Origin: Roseovarius sp. UBA6167
GTDB lineage: Bacteria > Pseudomonadota > Alphaproteobacteria > Rhodobacterales > Rhodobacteraceae
Length of the DNA stretch: 61,637 nucleotides
Direction of reading: 5' to 3'
Assembly: GCA_002428225.1 (NCBI GenBank)
Contig: DIUD01000038.1
Coordinates: 1-61,637 of the forward strand
Below the pieces are notes generated by a model. The model made no database searches. It was given only the letters and a program-made list of their open reading frames with translations, and was not told the DNA's origin. The number at the start of each line of letters is the position of its first letter. Position 1 is the stretch's first letter. Position numbers and translations under genes: made by a program. Below, piece by piece: positions 51,414-61,022 of this stretch.

Positions 51414-52562
51414 TCAGGCCAGAAACCGCGCCGCTGCTGCGCCGGTCAGGTAGCTGATGCGCCCGCCCGCGATGGTGGCCCCGATCCGCCGGGTGTCCCG
51501 CTCGATCACCGCCAGATCGGCGCGGGCGCCTTCGGCCAGCCTGCCGCGATCCGCAAGGCCCATGATCCGCGCGGGCCCCGAGGAGACAAGCGCCCAGGCC
51601 CCGGCCAGGTCGCAGATCCCCGCATCGACAAGGCAGAAGGCGGCGCGCGCCAGCGAGGGCGCATGATAATCCGAGGCCAGCGCATCGACGAGGCCCATGG
51701 CCACCATCTCGCGCGCGCCCGCATTGCCCTTGTGCGAGCCGCCCCGCACGAGGTTGGGCGCGCCCATGACGACCGCATCGCCCAGGGCGCGCGCGGTCCG
51801 GGCGGCCTCGACCGTCTCGGGAAACTCCGCGATCTGCGCGCCAAGGGCATGAGCGGCGCGCCGGTCCTTTGGCGCGCGGTCGTCATGACTGCCAAGCCGC
51901 ACGCCCCGCGCGCGCAGCCGCGCGGCAAGCGCGGCAAGACGGTCGGCCACTTCGGGAAGCCGCCCGTGTAGTTCCTGCAACAGCGCCAGATGCGCCTCGG
52001 GGCTGCGCCCGGCCTTGAGCGCCTGCCCGGTCAGGCGCGGCGGGCGCACGGCCCTTGCCAGCGCATCATGGGGCAGGTGGTCGTTGAACACGACATAGCC
52101 CAGCCCATGCCGTGCGACCATCTCCTCCAGCGCGGGATAGTCCTCGAACGCTGTCACCTCCAGGCGCAACTGCGCGCGCAGATCGGTGGCCACCGCGCCT
52201 TGCACGTTGTCCAGCGCCACCAGCATCCGCGCGGCAAAACCCGCCCCGCGCATCCCCCCCTCCCAGCTGAGGAACTGCGCGAGATAGGCGGTGGTGATCC
52301 CATGCGCGGCAAGCTCTGCCTCCGCGCTGAACAGCCCCGCGCCAAGGTCCGATAGCGCGCCGCGCCGGGGTGCCAGGTAATGCTCGAACCCGTCGCCATG
52401 CAGGTCGATCATGCCGGGCAGGATCAGAAAGCCTGAGAGGTCCACCACCCGCCCGGCACACCCCGCCACGATCCGGCCCCCGTCAAGCGCCAGATCGCCG
52501 GGGCCGGGGCCATCGGGCCACAGCACCTCGGCCCCGCGCAGCGTCAGCGCGGGCGCGCTCAT
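51414..52562 (-). CDS. phnM: PhnM-like amidohydrolase (alpha-D-ribose 1-methylphosphonate 5-triphosphate diphosphatase family)
   Basis: [34 protein letters not shown]. Confidence 0.85.
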   Translation of the reverse strand: MSAPALTLRGAEVLWPDGPGPGDLALDGGRIVAGCAGRVVDLSGFLILPGMIDLHGDGFEHYLAPRRGALSDLGAGLFSAEAELAAHGITTAYLAQFLSWEGGMRGAGFAARMLVALDNVQGAVATDLRAQLRLEVTAFEDYPALEEMVARHGLGYVVFNDHLPHDALARAVRPPRLTGQALKAGRSPEAHLALLQELHGRLPEVADRLAALAARLRARGVRLGSHDDRAPKDRRAAHALGAQIAEFPETVEAARTARALGDAVVMGAPNLVRGGSHKGNAGAREMVAMGLVDALASDYHAPSLARAAFCLVDAGICDLAGAWALVSSGPARIMGLADRGRLAEGARADLAVIERDTRRIGATIAGGRISYLTGAAAARFLA

Positions 52563-53284
52563 TCCAGCAGCCGCCCGGTCAGCGCATCGCCAAGCGTCAG
52601 ATCGTGGTCGAACCGGCCATGGGCGAGAAATTCCAGCACCTGCGCAATGACCAGCGGGTTGTTCATCATGAAGGTATGCGTCACCGGCAGGGTGATGTGA
52701 TCGGCCATACCCTCGACCATCGTGGAGGCGACCGAGACCTTGCCATCGTCCGGCCCGTCGATCAGGTTCGAATAGATCGGGTTGAGCGAGCGGTTGCCGG
52801 CGATCACGCCCAACTCGAAATCCACCGGCGGCAGGCTCTCGGCAAAGCTCTCGGGCCCGGTATGGAGCTGCTGGCCCGCAGGCCCGTTGATCCAGGCGAA
52901 CAGCTCGAACCCGCCCAGTTCGTCCACCAACTCGCTGCCGTGATTGGGCGGCGCGAGCATGACCACGCGGCCCAGATTCGCGGGCCGGTTGTCGCGCAGC
53001 CAGTGGCGCAAGAGGGTGCCGCCCATGGAATGGGTGACGAAATGCACCGTGGTCTCGCCGCAGACGCGCATGGCAAAGGGCAGCGTCTCGCGCGCGAGCC
53101 GGTCGATCTCGGCCTTGGTAGAGGGATAGCCGGGGCTGAATACATCATATCCCTTGGCCTCGAGCACCTCCTGCATCACCAGAAACGAGGCCTCGGAACG
53201 GGCAAGCCCATGCAGCAGCACCACACAATCGGCGCGGGCGGGGGCGCTCCACACGAGCAGGGCAAGAAGGGTCACGCGGATCAT
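52559..53284 (-). CDS. Exported alpha/beta hydrolase (lipase/esterase-like)
   Basis: Signal peptide, LLHGL, THSMGG, DDGKV, HTF. Confidence 0.9.
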   Translation of the reverse strand: MIRVTLLALLVWSAPARADCVVLLHGLARSEASFLVMQEVLEAKGYDVFSPGYPSTKAEIDRLARETLPFAMRVCGETTVHFVTHSMGGTLLRHWLRDNRPANLGRVVMLAPPNHGSELVDELGGFELFAWINGPAGQQLHTGPESFAESLPPVDFELGVIAGNRSLNPIYSNLIDGPDDGKVSVASTMVEGMADHITLPVTHTFMMNNPLVIAQVLEFLAHGRFDHDLTLGDALTGRLLE

Positions 53285-53348
53285 GGCAACGAGATAGGCG
53301 GAAAGCGACGCTGTGAACAGGGGGGATGTGTCATCCTCTGGCCCGCCC

Positions 53349-53411
53349 CGTCATCCTCCGGCTTGACCGGAGGATCTCCCCATCGCAGAGATCCCCGCCG
53401 TCGGCGGGATG
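53349..53411. repeat. CGTC-type REP-like palindromic element
   Basis: CGTCATCCTCCGGCTTGACCGGAGGATCTC hairpin plus a degenerate second hairpin; partial GTCATCCTC copy at 53330. Confidence 0.7.
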
Positions 53412-53424
53412 CCGCGGGAGGGCA

Positions 53425-55107
53425 CTAGCCGCCCGCGCGCGCCTGCGCCGCCGCGCGGATCGCGCTCAAGGTGGTGCGCGGGGTGATCGCCTCGGGCGAG
53501 ATCGCCAGATCGAGCACCGCAGCCGTGCCGCAGGCCCGCGCGCGCGCAAAGGCCGCCGCGAAATCCCCCGTCCGTTCCACCCGCTCGCCGTGAAATCCGT
53601 AAGCACGCGCAAGCGCCGCGAAATCGGGACTGACCATGTCGGTGCCCGAGATGCGGCCGGGATATTCGCGTTCCTGATGCGCGCGGATCGTGCCGTAGAT
53701 TCCGTTGTTGAGGATCAGCACCACGGGCCGCGCCCCCACCTGCGCGGCGGTGGCCAGTTCCTGGCACGTCATCTGGAAATCGCCGTCGCCCGCGAAACAG
53801 ACCACCAGCCGCTCGGGATGCACCACCGAGGCGGCGATGGCGGCAGGCAGGCCGTATCCCATCGCCCCCGATTGCGGCGCCAGATAGCGCATCGCGCCCC
53901 CGTATTTCAGCAACCGCCCGGACCAGATCGCGAAATTGCCCGCGCCATTGGTGACGATGGCATCCCCGGGCAGCACCTCGCGCAGATGCGCGGTGACGCG
54001 GCCCATATCGACCGGCGAGGGTTGATCGGGCAGATCGAATGTCGCCTCCCAGGCCGCGCGCGCCTCGGCGCGCCAGGCGCCCCATGCGCCCGTGACCGGC
54101 CCGCCCGCAGCCAGCGCCGCGGCAAAGGCGTTCGGCCCGGCATGGATGCCAAAGGCGGGCTGATAGACCTTGCCCAGTTCCAGATCCGAGCCGTGCACAT
54201 GGATCACCCGTTGCGCAGGCTCGGGCACCGAAAGCGCGGTGTAGCCGTCGGTGGAATTTTCGCCGAAGCGAGCGTTGAGCGCGAGGATCACATCGGCGCG
54301 GGTCAAGAGGTCGCGGACATGGGGTGCCATGCCCACCCCCGCCTCGCCGCAATAGACCGGCGAGTGATTGTCGAACCGGTCCTGATAGCGAAACACCGAC
54401 AGGACGGGCATGTCCGAGCCCTCGGCAAAGCCGCGCAAGGCCGCGCGCCCCGCATCGGACCAGTTGCAGCCGCCATAGATCAGGACCGGACGGCGCGCCC
54501 CCGCGAGCAGGCCGCGCGCATCGGCGAGCGCCGCAGGCTCGGGCGCGGGTTCGGCATAGCGGGCGGGACCGCGGAGCGGGGGCACCTCAGTGAGGCTCGT
54601 CAGCATGTCCTCGGGCAGCGCCACCACCACCGGGCCGGGGCGCCCGACAAGGGCGGTCTTCCACGCCCGCGCGACGATTTCGGGGATGCGGTCCACCTCG
54701 TCGATCTCTACCGCCCATTTGGCCAGCGGGCCAAAGGCCGCGCGGTAATCCACCTCCTGAAACGCCTCGCGCCCCTTCATGCCGGTGCCCACCTGCCCGA
54801 CGAACAGGATCATCGGCGCGCTGTCCTGCATCGCGGTATGCACGCCGATGGCGGCATTGGTCGCACCGGGGCCGCGCGTCACCCAGGCGATGCCGGGCGA
54901 GCCGGTCAGCTTGCCATAGGCGGCGGCCATGAAGGCCGCGCCCCCCTCCTGCCGGCAGAGGATATAATCGAGTCGCCCGCGCGTGTCGTGCAGCGCGTCG
55001 AGCACGGCAAGATAGCTCTCGCCCGGAACGCCGAAGCCGTGCCGCGCCCCGAGCGCGACGAGACACTCCACCAGCAATTGCCCGCCATTGCGCCTGTTGC
55101 CCTGCAT
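53425..55107 (-). CDS. Thiamine pyrophosphate-dependent enzyme (acetolactate synthase-like)
   Basis: FGVPGESYL, RQEGGAAFMA, GDGDF..NN TPP motif. Confidence 0.92.
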   Translation of the reverse strand: MQGNRRNGGQLLVECLVALGARHGFGVPGESYLAVLDALHDTRGRLDYILCRQEGGAAFMAAAYGKLTGSPGIAWVTRGPGATNAAIGVHTAMQDSAPMILFVGQVGTGMKGREAFQEVDYRAAFGPLAKWAVEIDEVDRIPEIVARAWKTALVGRPGPVVVALPEDMLTSLTEVPPLRGPARYAEPAPEPAALADARGLLAGARRPVLIYGGCNWSDAGRAALRGFAEGSDMPVLSVFRYQDRFDNHSPVYCGEAGVGMAPHVRDLLTRADVILALNARFGENSTDGYTALSVPEPAQRVIHVHGSDLELGKVYQPAFGIHAGPNAFAAALAAGGPVTGAWGAWRAEARAAWEATFDLPDQPSPVDMGRVTAHLREVLPGDAIVTNGAGNFAIWSGRLLKYGGAMRYLAPQSGAMGYGLPAAIAASVVHPERLVVCFAGDGDFQMTCQELATAAQVGARPVVLILNNGIYGTIRAHQEREYPGRISGTDMVSPDFAALARAYGFHGERVERTGDFAAAFARARACGTAAVLDLAISPEAITPRTTLSAIRAAAQARAGG

Positions 55108-55167
55108 CGCTGCCTCCCTCTCTCGCCGCTCGCCGAGCCTGCCCCTGCGATGTGCCAAAGACAAGCC

Positions 55168-55608
55168 CTACCAGCGGTCGAGCGCGACCTCGTCCTCGTC
55201 GCGCGCGGCCACCCAGGCGGCCCCGTCGCGGCCATGTTCCTTCTTCCAGAACGGGGCGCGGGACTTTAGGTAATCCATCAGGAATTGGGCCGCCTGAAAG
55301 GCGTCCGCGCGGTGGCGCGCGGCGGTGGCGACCATCATGATCGTCTCGTCGGCGCGCAACCGCCCGTAGCGGTGCACGATCAGCACATCGCCAAGCGACC
55401 AGCGCGCGCGCGCCTCCTGCGCGATCTTCGTCAGCGCGCGCTCGGTCATGCCGGGGTAATGTTCGATCTCCATGACGTCGAGCCGCCCGCCCACGTCGCG
55501 CACGATGCCGGTAAAGGTGACGACCGCGCCCATGCCGCTTTGCCGTGCGGCAAAGGCGCGGGCCTCGTCGCCCAGATCAAACGCCGCCTCCTGCACGCGG
55601 ATATCCAT
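55168..55608 (-). CDS. moaE: Molybdopterin synthase large subunit
   Basis: EHYPGMT, HRYG, MDYLKSRAPFWKKE. Confidence 0.96.
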   Translation of the reverse strand: MDIRVQEAAFDLGDEARAFAARQSGMGAVVTFTGIVRDVGGRLDVMEIEHYPGMTERALTKIAQEARARWSLGDVLIVHRYGRLRADETIMMVATAARHRADAFQAAQFLMDYLKSRAPFWKKEHGRDGAAWVAARDEDEVALDRW

Positions 55609-55616
55609 GGCCCCCG

Positions 55617-55862
55617 TCAGCCCCCGGTCATCGGCGGAAAGAACGCCACCTCGCGAGCGCCCGCGAGCGGCGCGTCGAAATCCGTCAGTTCCTGATCCAC
55701 CGCCACCCGCAGCGCCGAGAGATCGGCGAAAGCCGCCGCATAGCGATCCTCGCGCGCGCGCAACTCCGCGACCAGCTCGCGCACGGTGGCGGCCTGCGTG
55801 TCCACCCGGTCGCGGGGATGTCCGATGCGTTCGCGCACCCAGGCGAAATAGAGCACATCCAT
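55617..55862 (-). CDS. moaD: Molybdopterin synthase sulfur carrier
   Basis: LYFAWVRE, C-terminal FFPPMTGG. Confidence 0.96.
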   Translation of the reverse strand: MDVLYFAWVRERIGHPRDRVDTQAATVRELVAELRAREDRYAAAFADLSALRVAVDQELTDFDAPLAGAREVAFFPPMTGG

Positions 55863-56527
55863 CAGCGATCATCCTTCAGGTATGGCAGGGCCTTGAGCAG
55901 GTAATCCCCCCCGGTGAGAAGGGTCAGCGCGGCGGCGATCCAGAGCAGCACCAGGCCAATATTGCCCGCCCAGATCATGCCCCCGTATTTCCACCACAGC
56001 CCCAGCACATCCTGCTCGCGCCCGTCAAGAATGTCGATCACCAGCGCCCCGTCCATGCCAAAGACCGACATGCCGAAATAATGCTCGAACACGCCCTGGG
56101 CAAAGAGCACGGCAATGGCGACCATCTGCGCCGTGGTCTTCCACTTGGCCAGTTGCGTGACCCGGAGCCTGCCCGCCGTGTCACCGAGAAATTCGCGCAG
56201 CCCCGAGACGAACACCTCCCGGAACAGGATGATCGTGGCAGGCAGCACCAGCCAGGGCGACATCGACGAATAGCCGACGATCACCATCAGTGCGATCACC
56301 ACCATCGCCTTGTCGGCGATGGGGTCGAGCATGGTGCCGATCCTGGTGACCTGTTTCCAGTTGCGCGCCAGATAGCCGTCGAACCAGTCGGTGATGGCCG
56401 CGCCGACAAACAGGACAAGCGCGAACCAGTCGGCATAGGGCCGGGTGAAATAGAGAAACATCACCGCCACGCCGGGCGCAGCAAGCAGCCGGAGCGTAGT
56501 CAGGATATTGGGCAAGGTCCACGTCAT
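55862..56527 (-). CDS. pgsA: CDP-diacylglycerol--glycerol-3-phosphate 3-phosphatidyltransferase
   Basis: PNILT, TDWFDGYLAR, LDPIADK, KWKTTAQ. Confidence 0.95.
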   Translation of the reverse strand: MTWTLPNILTTLRLLAAPGVAVMFLYFTRPYADWFALVLFVGAAITDWFDGYLARNWKQVTRIGTMLDPIADKAMVVIALMVIVGYSSMSPWLVLPATIILFREVFVSGLREFLGDTAGRLRVTQLAKWKTTAQMVAIAVLFAQGVFEHYFGMSVFGMDGALVIDILDGREQDVLGLWWKYGGMIWAGNIGLVLLWIAAALTLLTGGDYLLKALPYLKDDR

Positions 56528-56601
56528 GAGCACGTTTCTAACCTGACCGAATGGCAAGGGAAAGCACGGGTTTGGACTTGATCGCGATGGCCCGGCGACG
56601 C

Positions 56602-56615
56602 ATGATCCACATCAA
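56602..56615. promoter_or_regulatory. FNR/FnrL-type box upstream of the universal stress protein gene
   Basis: ATGAT-ccac-ATCAA, one mismatch to TTGAT-N4-ATCAA. Confidence 0.6.
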
Positions 56616-56671
56616 GGTGCCCAACTGGCCGATGCGCCATGCTCCGGCACATGAACAGGAAAGGATCCCCT

Positions 56672-57079
56672 ATGTACAAGCACGTTCTGGTTCCCGTCTC
56701 CTTCGAGGCCGAGCGCGACAGCGCCGGTGCGCTGACCGTGGCGCGCCTTCTTGCCGGCGACAAGGGCCATATCAGCCTGCTTCATGTCGTCGAGCAGGTG
56801 CCGGCCTATGTCATCTCCTACCTGCCTGCGGACTATCAGTCCGAGGCGCGCAAGGAGATCGAAGCTGACCTGGCTAAAACCGCCGGGGATCTGCCCGATG
56901 CCAGCGCCCATGTGGTCGAGGGCCATGCGGCGCGCACGATCCTTGACTGGGCCGAGAACCACAAGCCAGATTGCATCGTCATCGCCAGCCATCAGCCCGG
57001 GATGCAGGATCTGCTGCTCGGCTCCACCGCCGCCAAGGTGGTGCGCCACGCGCAATGCGCGGTGCATGTGATCCGCTGA
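56672..57079 (+). CDS. Universal stress protein
   Basis: YKHVLVPV, IVIASH, LLGSTAAKVVRHA. Confidence 0.93.
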   Translation: MYKHVLVPVSFEAERDSAGALTVARLLAGDKGHISLLHVVEQVPAYVISYLPADYQSEARKEIEADLAKTAGDLPDASAHVVEGHAARTILDWAENHKPDCIVIASHQPGMQDLLLGSTAAKVVRHAQCAVHVIR

Positions 57080-57129
57080 GTCTCGGCGAATCGCGTTGAT
57101 CCCCGCCCCTGCCGCGCCTATCGTGGGGC

Positions 57130-57651
57130 ATGGCGATTGTCGCAAGCCTCCTTCTGGCCCTGATCGTGGCGGTCCTGACGCTCAGCCCCGTGCCGGTCGG
57201 TGTCTCGGGTATTTCGCATCTCGACAAGCTCGCGCATGTGCTGGCCCTTGCCGCCGTCACTGCGCCGCTCGCATGGCGATTTCCGCGATGGTGGTGGGTG
57301 GTGGCGCTTGGCGGCCTGGCCTATGGCGGGGTGATCGAGATCGTTCAGCCCTTGACCGGACGCAGCGCGGAATGGGGCGATTTCCTGGCCGACGGGATCG
57401 GGGCCTTTGCCGGGGCCGGCCTCGCCTTCGCCGGTCGGCTGAGATGGCCCGCCACTCTTGCAGGGCGGGGGCCTGTGGATAACGACACGCGGCACCCCGG
57501 TCGGGTCGGCTCGCTTTCGTTCACGGTGACGCGCCCGGCCAGCACGGTTCCCAGCACGGTTCCCAGCACGGTTCATGGTGCGGCTTCGTCGGGCGACGGG
57601 CCGCCTCTCCCGCCCGCGCTTTTGGCAAGATGCGCTGCAAGGCGGGGCTGA
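57130..57651 (+). CDS. VanZ family membrane protein with an atypical C-terminal extension
   Basis: DKLAH, IEIVQP..GRSAEWGDFLAD. Confidence 0.8.
   Translation: MAIVASLLLALIVAVLTLSPVPVGVSGISHLDKLAHVLALAAVTAPLAWRFPRWWWVVALGGLAYGGVIEIVQPLTGRSAEWGDFLADGIGAFAGAGLAFAGRLRWPATLAGRGPVDNDTRHPGRVGSLSFTVTRPASTVPSTVPSTVHGAASSGDGPPLPPALLARCAARRG
57539..57574. repeat. Perfect 12-bp tandem repeat x3 (CCAGCACGGTTC)
   Basis: Copies at 57539, 57551 and 57563. Confidence 0.9.
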
Positions 57652-57684
57652 AACCGAGGTGGACCGCCGGACCTGTTGATCCCC

Positions 57685-58995
57685 TCACCCCTTGCGGGCC
57701 CGCAGCCGGGCGAAATATTCCAGCCGTTTCTTCAATTCACGCTCGAAGCCGCGTTCGGGCGGGGCATAGAGAACGGGCCGTTTCATGCCCTCGGGGAAAT
57801 AATTCTGCCCCGAAAAGGCGTCTTCCTCGTCGTGGTCATAGGCATAGCCCGCGCCATAGCCCTGTTCCTTCATGAGCTTGGTCGGCGCGTTGAGGATATG
57901 CCTGGGCGGCGGCTCGCTGCCGGTGCGCCTGGCCTCGCGCCGCGCGGCATTGAACGCGGCATAGCCCGCGTTCGACTTGGGCGCGAGCGCGAGATAGATC
58001 ACCGCCTGCCCGAGCGCCAGTTCCCCCTCGGGGCTGCCCAGGCGCTCATAGACCTCCCAGGCGTGCAGGCATACCGACTGCGCCTGCGGGTCGGCCAACC
58101 CGATATCCTCGATCGCCATGCGCGTGATCCGGCGGGCAAGATAGCGCGGGTCCTCGCCCCCCGCGAGCATCCGCGCCAGCCAGTAGAGCGCGGCATCCGG
58201 GTCCGAGCCGCGCACCGATTTGTGCAGCGCGGAAATCAGGTTGTAATGCTCGTCCCCGGACTTGTCATATTTCGCCGCCCGCTTCATCAGCCGCGCGGCA
58301 AGCGCATCCTTGTCAAGCCGCCCCTCGACGCGCCAGGCCACCACCTGCTCGATCAGGTTCAGAAGCGCGCGCCCGTCGCCATCGGCCATCTCAAGCAGCG
58401 CCTCGCGCGCCGGGCCGTCGAGCGGCAGCGCGCGATCCAGTTCGCGTTCGGCCCGCTGCGCCAGCCGCTCCAGATCGGCGAGCGAGAGCCGTTCCAGAAC
58501 CAGCACCTGCGCCCGGCTCAGCAGCGCCGCGTTCAACTCGAATGACGGGTTTTCCGTCGTCGCCCCCACCAGAAGGATCGTGCCATCCTCCATATGCGGC
58601 AGGAACCCGTCCTGCTGCGCCTTGTTGAAGCGGTGGATCTCATCGACGAACAGGAGCGTGCCCTGCCCGTTGGCGCGCCGGTGGCGCGCCTCGTCAAAGA
58701 CGCGGCGCAACTCGGGCAAGCCGGTGAAAATGGCGCTGATCTGCACGAAATGCAGGTCGGTCTGCGCCGCCAGAAGCCGTGCGATGGTGGTCTTGCCCAC
58801 CCCCGGCGGTCCCCACAGGATGAGCGAGCCGAGGCTGCCCGAGGCCAGCATCACGCCGAGCGGCGCCTCCGGCCCCAGCACCTGCTCCTGTCCGATCACC
58901 TCTCGCAGCGTGCGCGGGCGCAGCCGGTCGGCAAGCGGGGCCGGTGGGGTGGCGCGTGGCACGGGGGCGTCGCTGTCGAAAAGATCCGCCACCAC
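57685..58995 (-). CDS. rarA: Replication-associated recombination protein A
   Basis: PLADRLRP, GPPGVGKTT, DEIHRFNKAQQD, SALHKSVRGSD. Confidence 0.96.
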   Translation of the reverse strand: MVADLFDSDAPVPRATPPAPLADRLRPRTLREVIGQEQVLGPEAPLGVMLASGSLGSLILWGPPGVGKTTIARLLAAQTDLHFVQISAIFTGLPELRRVFDEARHRRANGQGTLLFVDEIHRFNKAQQDGFLPHMEDGTILLVGATTENPSFELNAALLSRAQVLVLERLSLADLERLAQRAERELDRALPLDGPAREALLEMADGDGRALLNLIEQVVAWRVEGRLDKDALAARLMKRAAKYDKSGDEHYNLISALHKSVRGSDPDAALYWLARMLAGGEDPRYLARRITRMAIEDIGLADPQAQSVCLHAWEVYERLGSPEGELALGQAVIYLALAPKSNAGYAAFNAARREARRTGSEPPPRHILNAPTKLMKEQGYGAGYAYDHDEEDAFSGQNYFPEGMKRPVLYAPPERGFERELKKRLEYFARLRARKG

Positions 58996-60372
58996 CTAGC
59001 GCCTGAGCCGCAGCGTCACCCGCTGCCCGCCGCGCTCCACGTCAAGGACAAGGCTGCGCCCGGCCTCCTCCAGCGCGCGTGCCGCCACCGCGCTGTCGCG
59101 CGTCTCGGTGCCGTTCACCCCGCGCAGGATGTCCCCCGCCCGCAGCCCCGCCCGTGCACCATAGGGTCCGGGATCCTCGACGATGACGCCCTCGGCCCCC
59201 AGCGGCAGGCGAAACGCCTCGATCACCGCCGGGTTGATGGTCGAAAGCGTGACCTCCGGCAGCACCGCGCGCGCCCCCGTCACGATGCGGTTGCGCGGCG
59301 GATCATCGGGCGCGGCGATGAGGGCCACGGTGATATCCTCGGCCTTGCCGTCGCGCAGCCGGGTGATCGTCGCCCTTGCCCCGATCCCGGCCAGCGACAG
59401 GCGATAGACCATCTCGGCGGGGCTGTTGACGGGCTGGCCATCCACCGCCGCGACCACGTCGCCCGGTTGCAGCACGCCGACGAAACCGCTCTGCGGATGG
59501 ACCTGCGAGATCACGATGCCGTCGGGCCGATCGAGGCCCAGCCCCTCGGCCACATCGGGCGTCACCGGCTGACCGCCCAAGCCCGCCCAGGGGCGCTCGA
59601 ACTCGGCCTTGCCCGCGCGCGCCTGCGCCACGAACTGCGCCACCAGCCCCGAGGGAATGGCAAAGCCGATCCCGTTCGAGCCGCCCGAGCGCGACAGGAT
59701 CGCGGTGTTGATGCCGATGAGGCGACCGTTGACATCGACCAGCGCCCCGCCCGAATTGCCCGGATTGATCGGCGCATCGGTCTGGATGAAATAACCGCGC
59801 GCGTTGCCCATCGCCGTGCCCGAGCGTGCCAGCCCCGAGACGATGCCGCTGCTGACCGTCTGGCCCACGCCGAACGGGTTGCCGATCGCCAGCACCAGTT
59901 CGCCCACCTCGACCGTGTCGCTGTCGCGCAGCGCGAGCGCGGGCAGGTCCGTCGCGCCCTCGACCTGAAGGATCGCCAGGTCCGCCTCCTCGTCGCCCAG
60001 CAGCACCCTTGCCCCGTATTCACGCCGGTCATTGAGCACCACGCGGATATCCGTCGCCTCGCCCACGACGTGATAGTTCGACACGACGATACCGTCGGAC
60101 GACAGGATCACCCCCGACCCGAGCGAGTTCTGAACGCGCGGGCGGATGGCGCCGAAATCCTGAAAGAACCGCTCGAAGAACGGATCGCCGCGAAAGGGGC
60201 TGGCGCGGGTGGCGACGACGCGGCTGGCGTAGATGTTGACCACCGCCGGGGCGGCGGCCTTGACCACCGGGACGAACCCGAGGGCGATATCCGCCTGCGA
60301 GCCGGGCACACGGGTCTCGGCCAGCGCCGGGCTGGCAGAAAGGATCAGAAGAGCGCAAAGGATACGAAACAA
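58996..60372 (-). CDS. Do/DegQ family serine endoprotease (trypsin + 2 PDZ)
   Basis: Signal peptide from TTG start, SNYHVV, INPGNSGG. Confidence 0.92.
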   Translation of the reverse strand: MFRILCALLILSASPALAETRVPGSQADIALGFVPVVKAAAPAVVNIYASRVVATRASPFRGDPFFERFFQDFGAIRPRVQNSLGSGVILSSDGIVVSNYHVVGEATDIRVVLNDRREYGARVLLGDEEADLAILQVEGATDLPALALRDSDTVEVGELVLAIGNPFGVGQTVSSGIVSGLARSGTAMGNARGYFIQTDAPINPGNSGGALVDVNGRLIGINTAILSRSGGSNGIGFAIPSGLVAQFVAQARAGKAEFERPWAGLGGQPVTPDVAEGLGLDRPDGIVISQVHPQSGFVGVLQPGDVVAAVDGQPVNSPAEMVYRLSLAGIGARATITRLRDGKAEDITVALIAAPDDPPRNRIVTGARAVLPEVTLSTINPAVIEAFRLPLGAEGVIVEDPGPYGARAGLRAGDILRGVNGTETRDSAVAARALEEAGRSLVLDVERGGQRVTLRLRR

Positions 60373-60450
60373 GACGGCCTCACCTCGTGATTGTCCTGCC
60401 AGATATGCGCGGGCGGGCGCCCCATTGCAAGAACGCGCCACCCGACAGAC

Positions 60451-60478
60451 AAAAACCCCCGCCGGGCCGGGCGGGGGC
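60451..60478 (-). terminator. Intrinsic terminator after rplQ
   Basis: CCCCCGCC-loop-GGCGGGGG-TTTTT on the minus strand. Confidence 0.75.
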
Positions 60479-60506
60479 ATGAAGGCTGCGGGCGCGTGTC
60501 CCGTCT

Positions 60507-60926
60507 TCAGTCCTCGGCGGCCTCTTCGGCCTCGAGGCGCGCGCGGTCCTCGGCACCCTTGGCGCTCGGGTCTCGGTCAACGAATTCGATGATCGCCATC
60601 GGCGCCATGTCGCCATAGCGAAAGCCCGCCTTGAGCACGCGCACATAGCCGCCCTGCCGCTCGGCATAGCGGGGGCCGAGCACATCGAAGAGCTTGGCGA
60701 CGTGCTTGTCCTGCTTGAGCTGCGCCGCTGCCTGACGGCGGGCGTGCAGATCGCCGCGCTTGCCGAGCGTGACGAGTTTCTCGACCACGCGGCGCAAGTC
60801 CTTGGCCTTGGGCAGGGTGGTCTTGATCTGCTCGTGTTCGATGAGCGAGCCGGCCATGTTCGCCCACATCGCCTTGCGATGCTCGTGGGTGCGGTTGAGG
60901 CGGCGGTATCCTCTTGCGTGACGCAT
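60507..60926 (-). CDS. rplQ: 50S ribosomal protein L17
   Basis: [29 protein letters not shown]-like segment, RYGDMAPMA. Confidence 0.98.
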   Translation of the reverse strand: MRHARGYRRLNRTHEHRKAMWANMAGSLIEHEQIKTTLPKAKDLRRVVEKLVTLGKRGDLHARRQAAAQLKQDKHVAKLFDVLGPRYAERQGGYVRVLKAGFRYGDMAPMAIIEFVDRDPSAKGAEDRARLEAEEAAED

Positions 60927-61022
60927 TTTCCATCTCCTAAGCCATTTTGCTTTGTCCGGGGGGCTGATGCGTGTCAGCCCCCTCTCCTTGGGGCGGGATT
61001 GCCCGGGGTGTCGAAGGGCGCC

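Noticed and set aside
57490-57570. Minus-strand LAGRVTVN...TRPG.RV resembling an S4 RNA-binding domain remnant
   Set aside because: Too short and ambiguous to support without a search
57539-57574. CRISPR array or LexA box in the tandem repeat
   Set aside because: No spacers and no cas genes; GTTC spacing is N8, not the alphaproteobacterial GTTC-N7-GTTC
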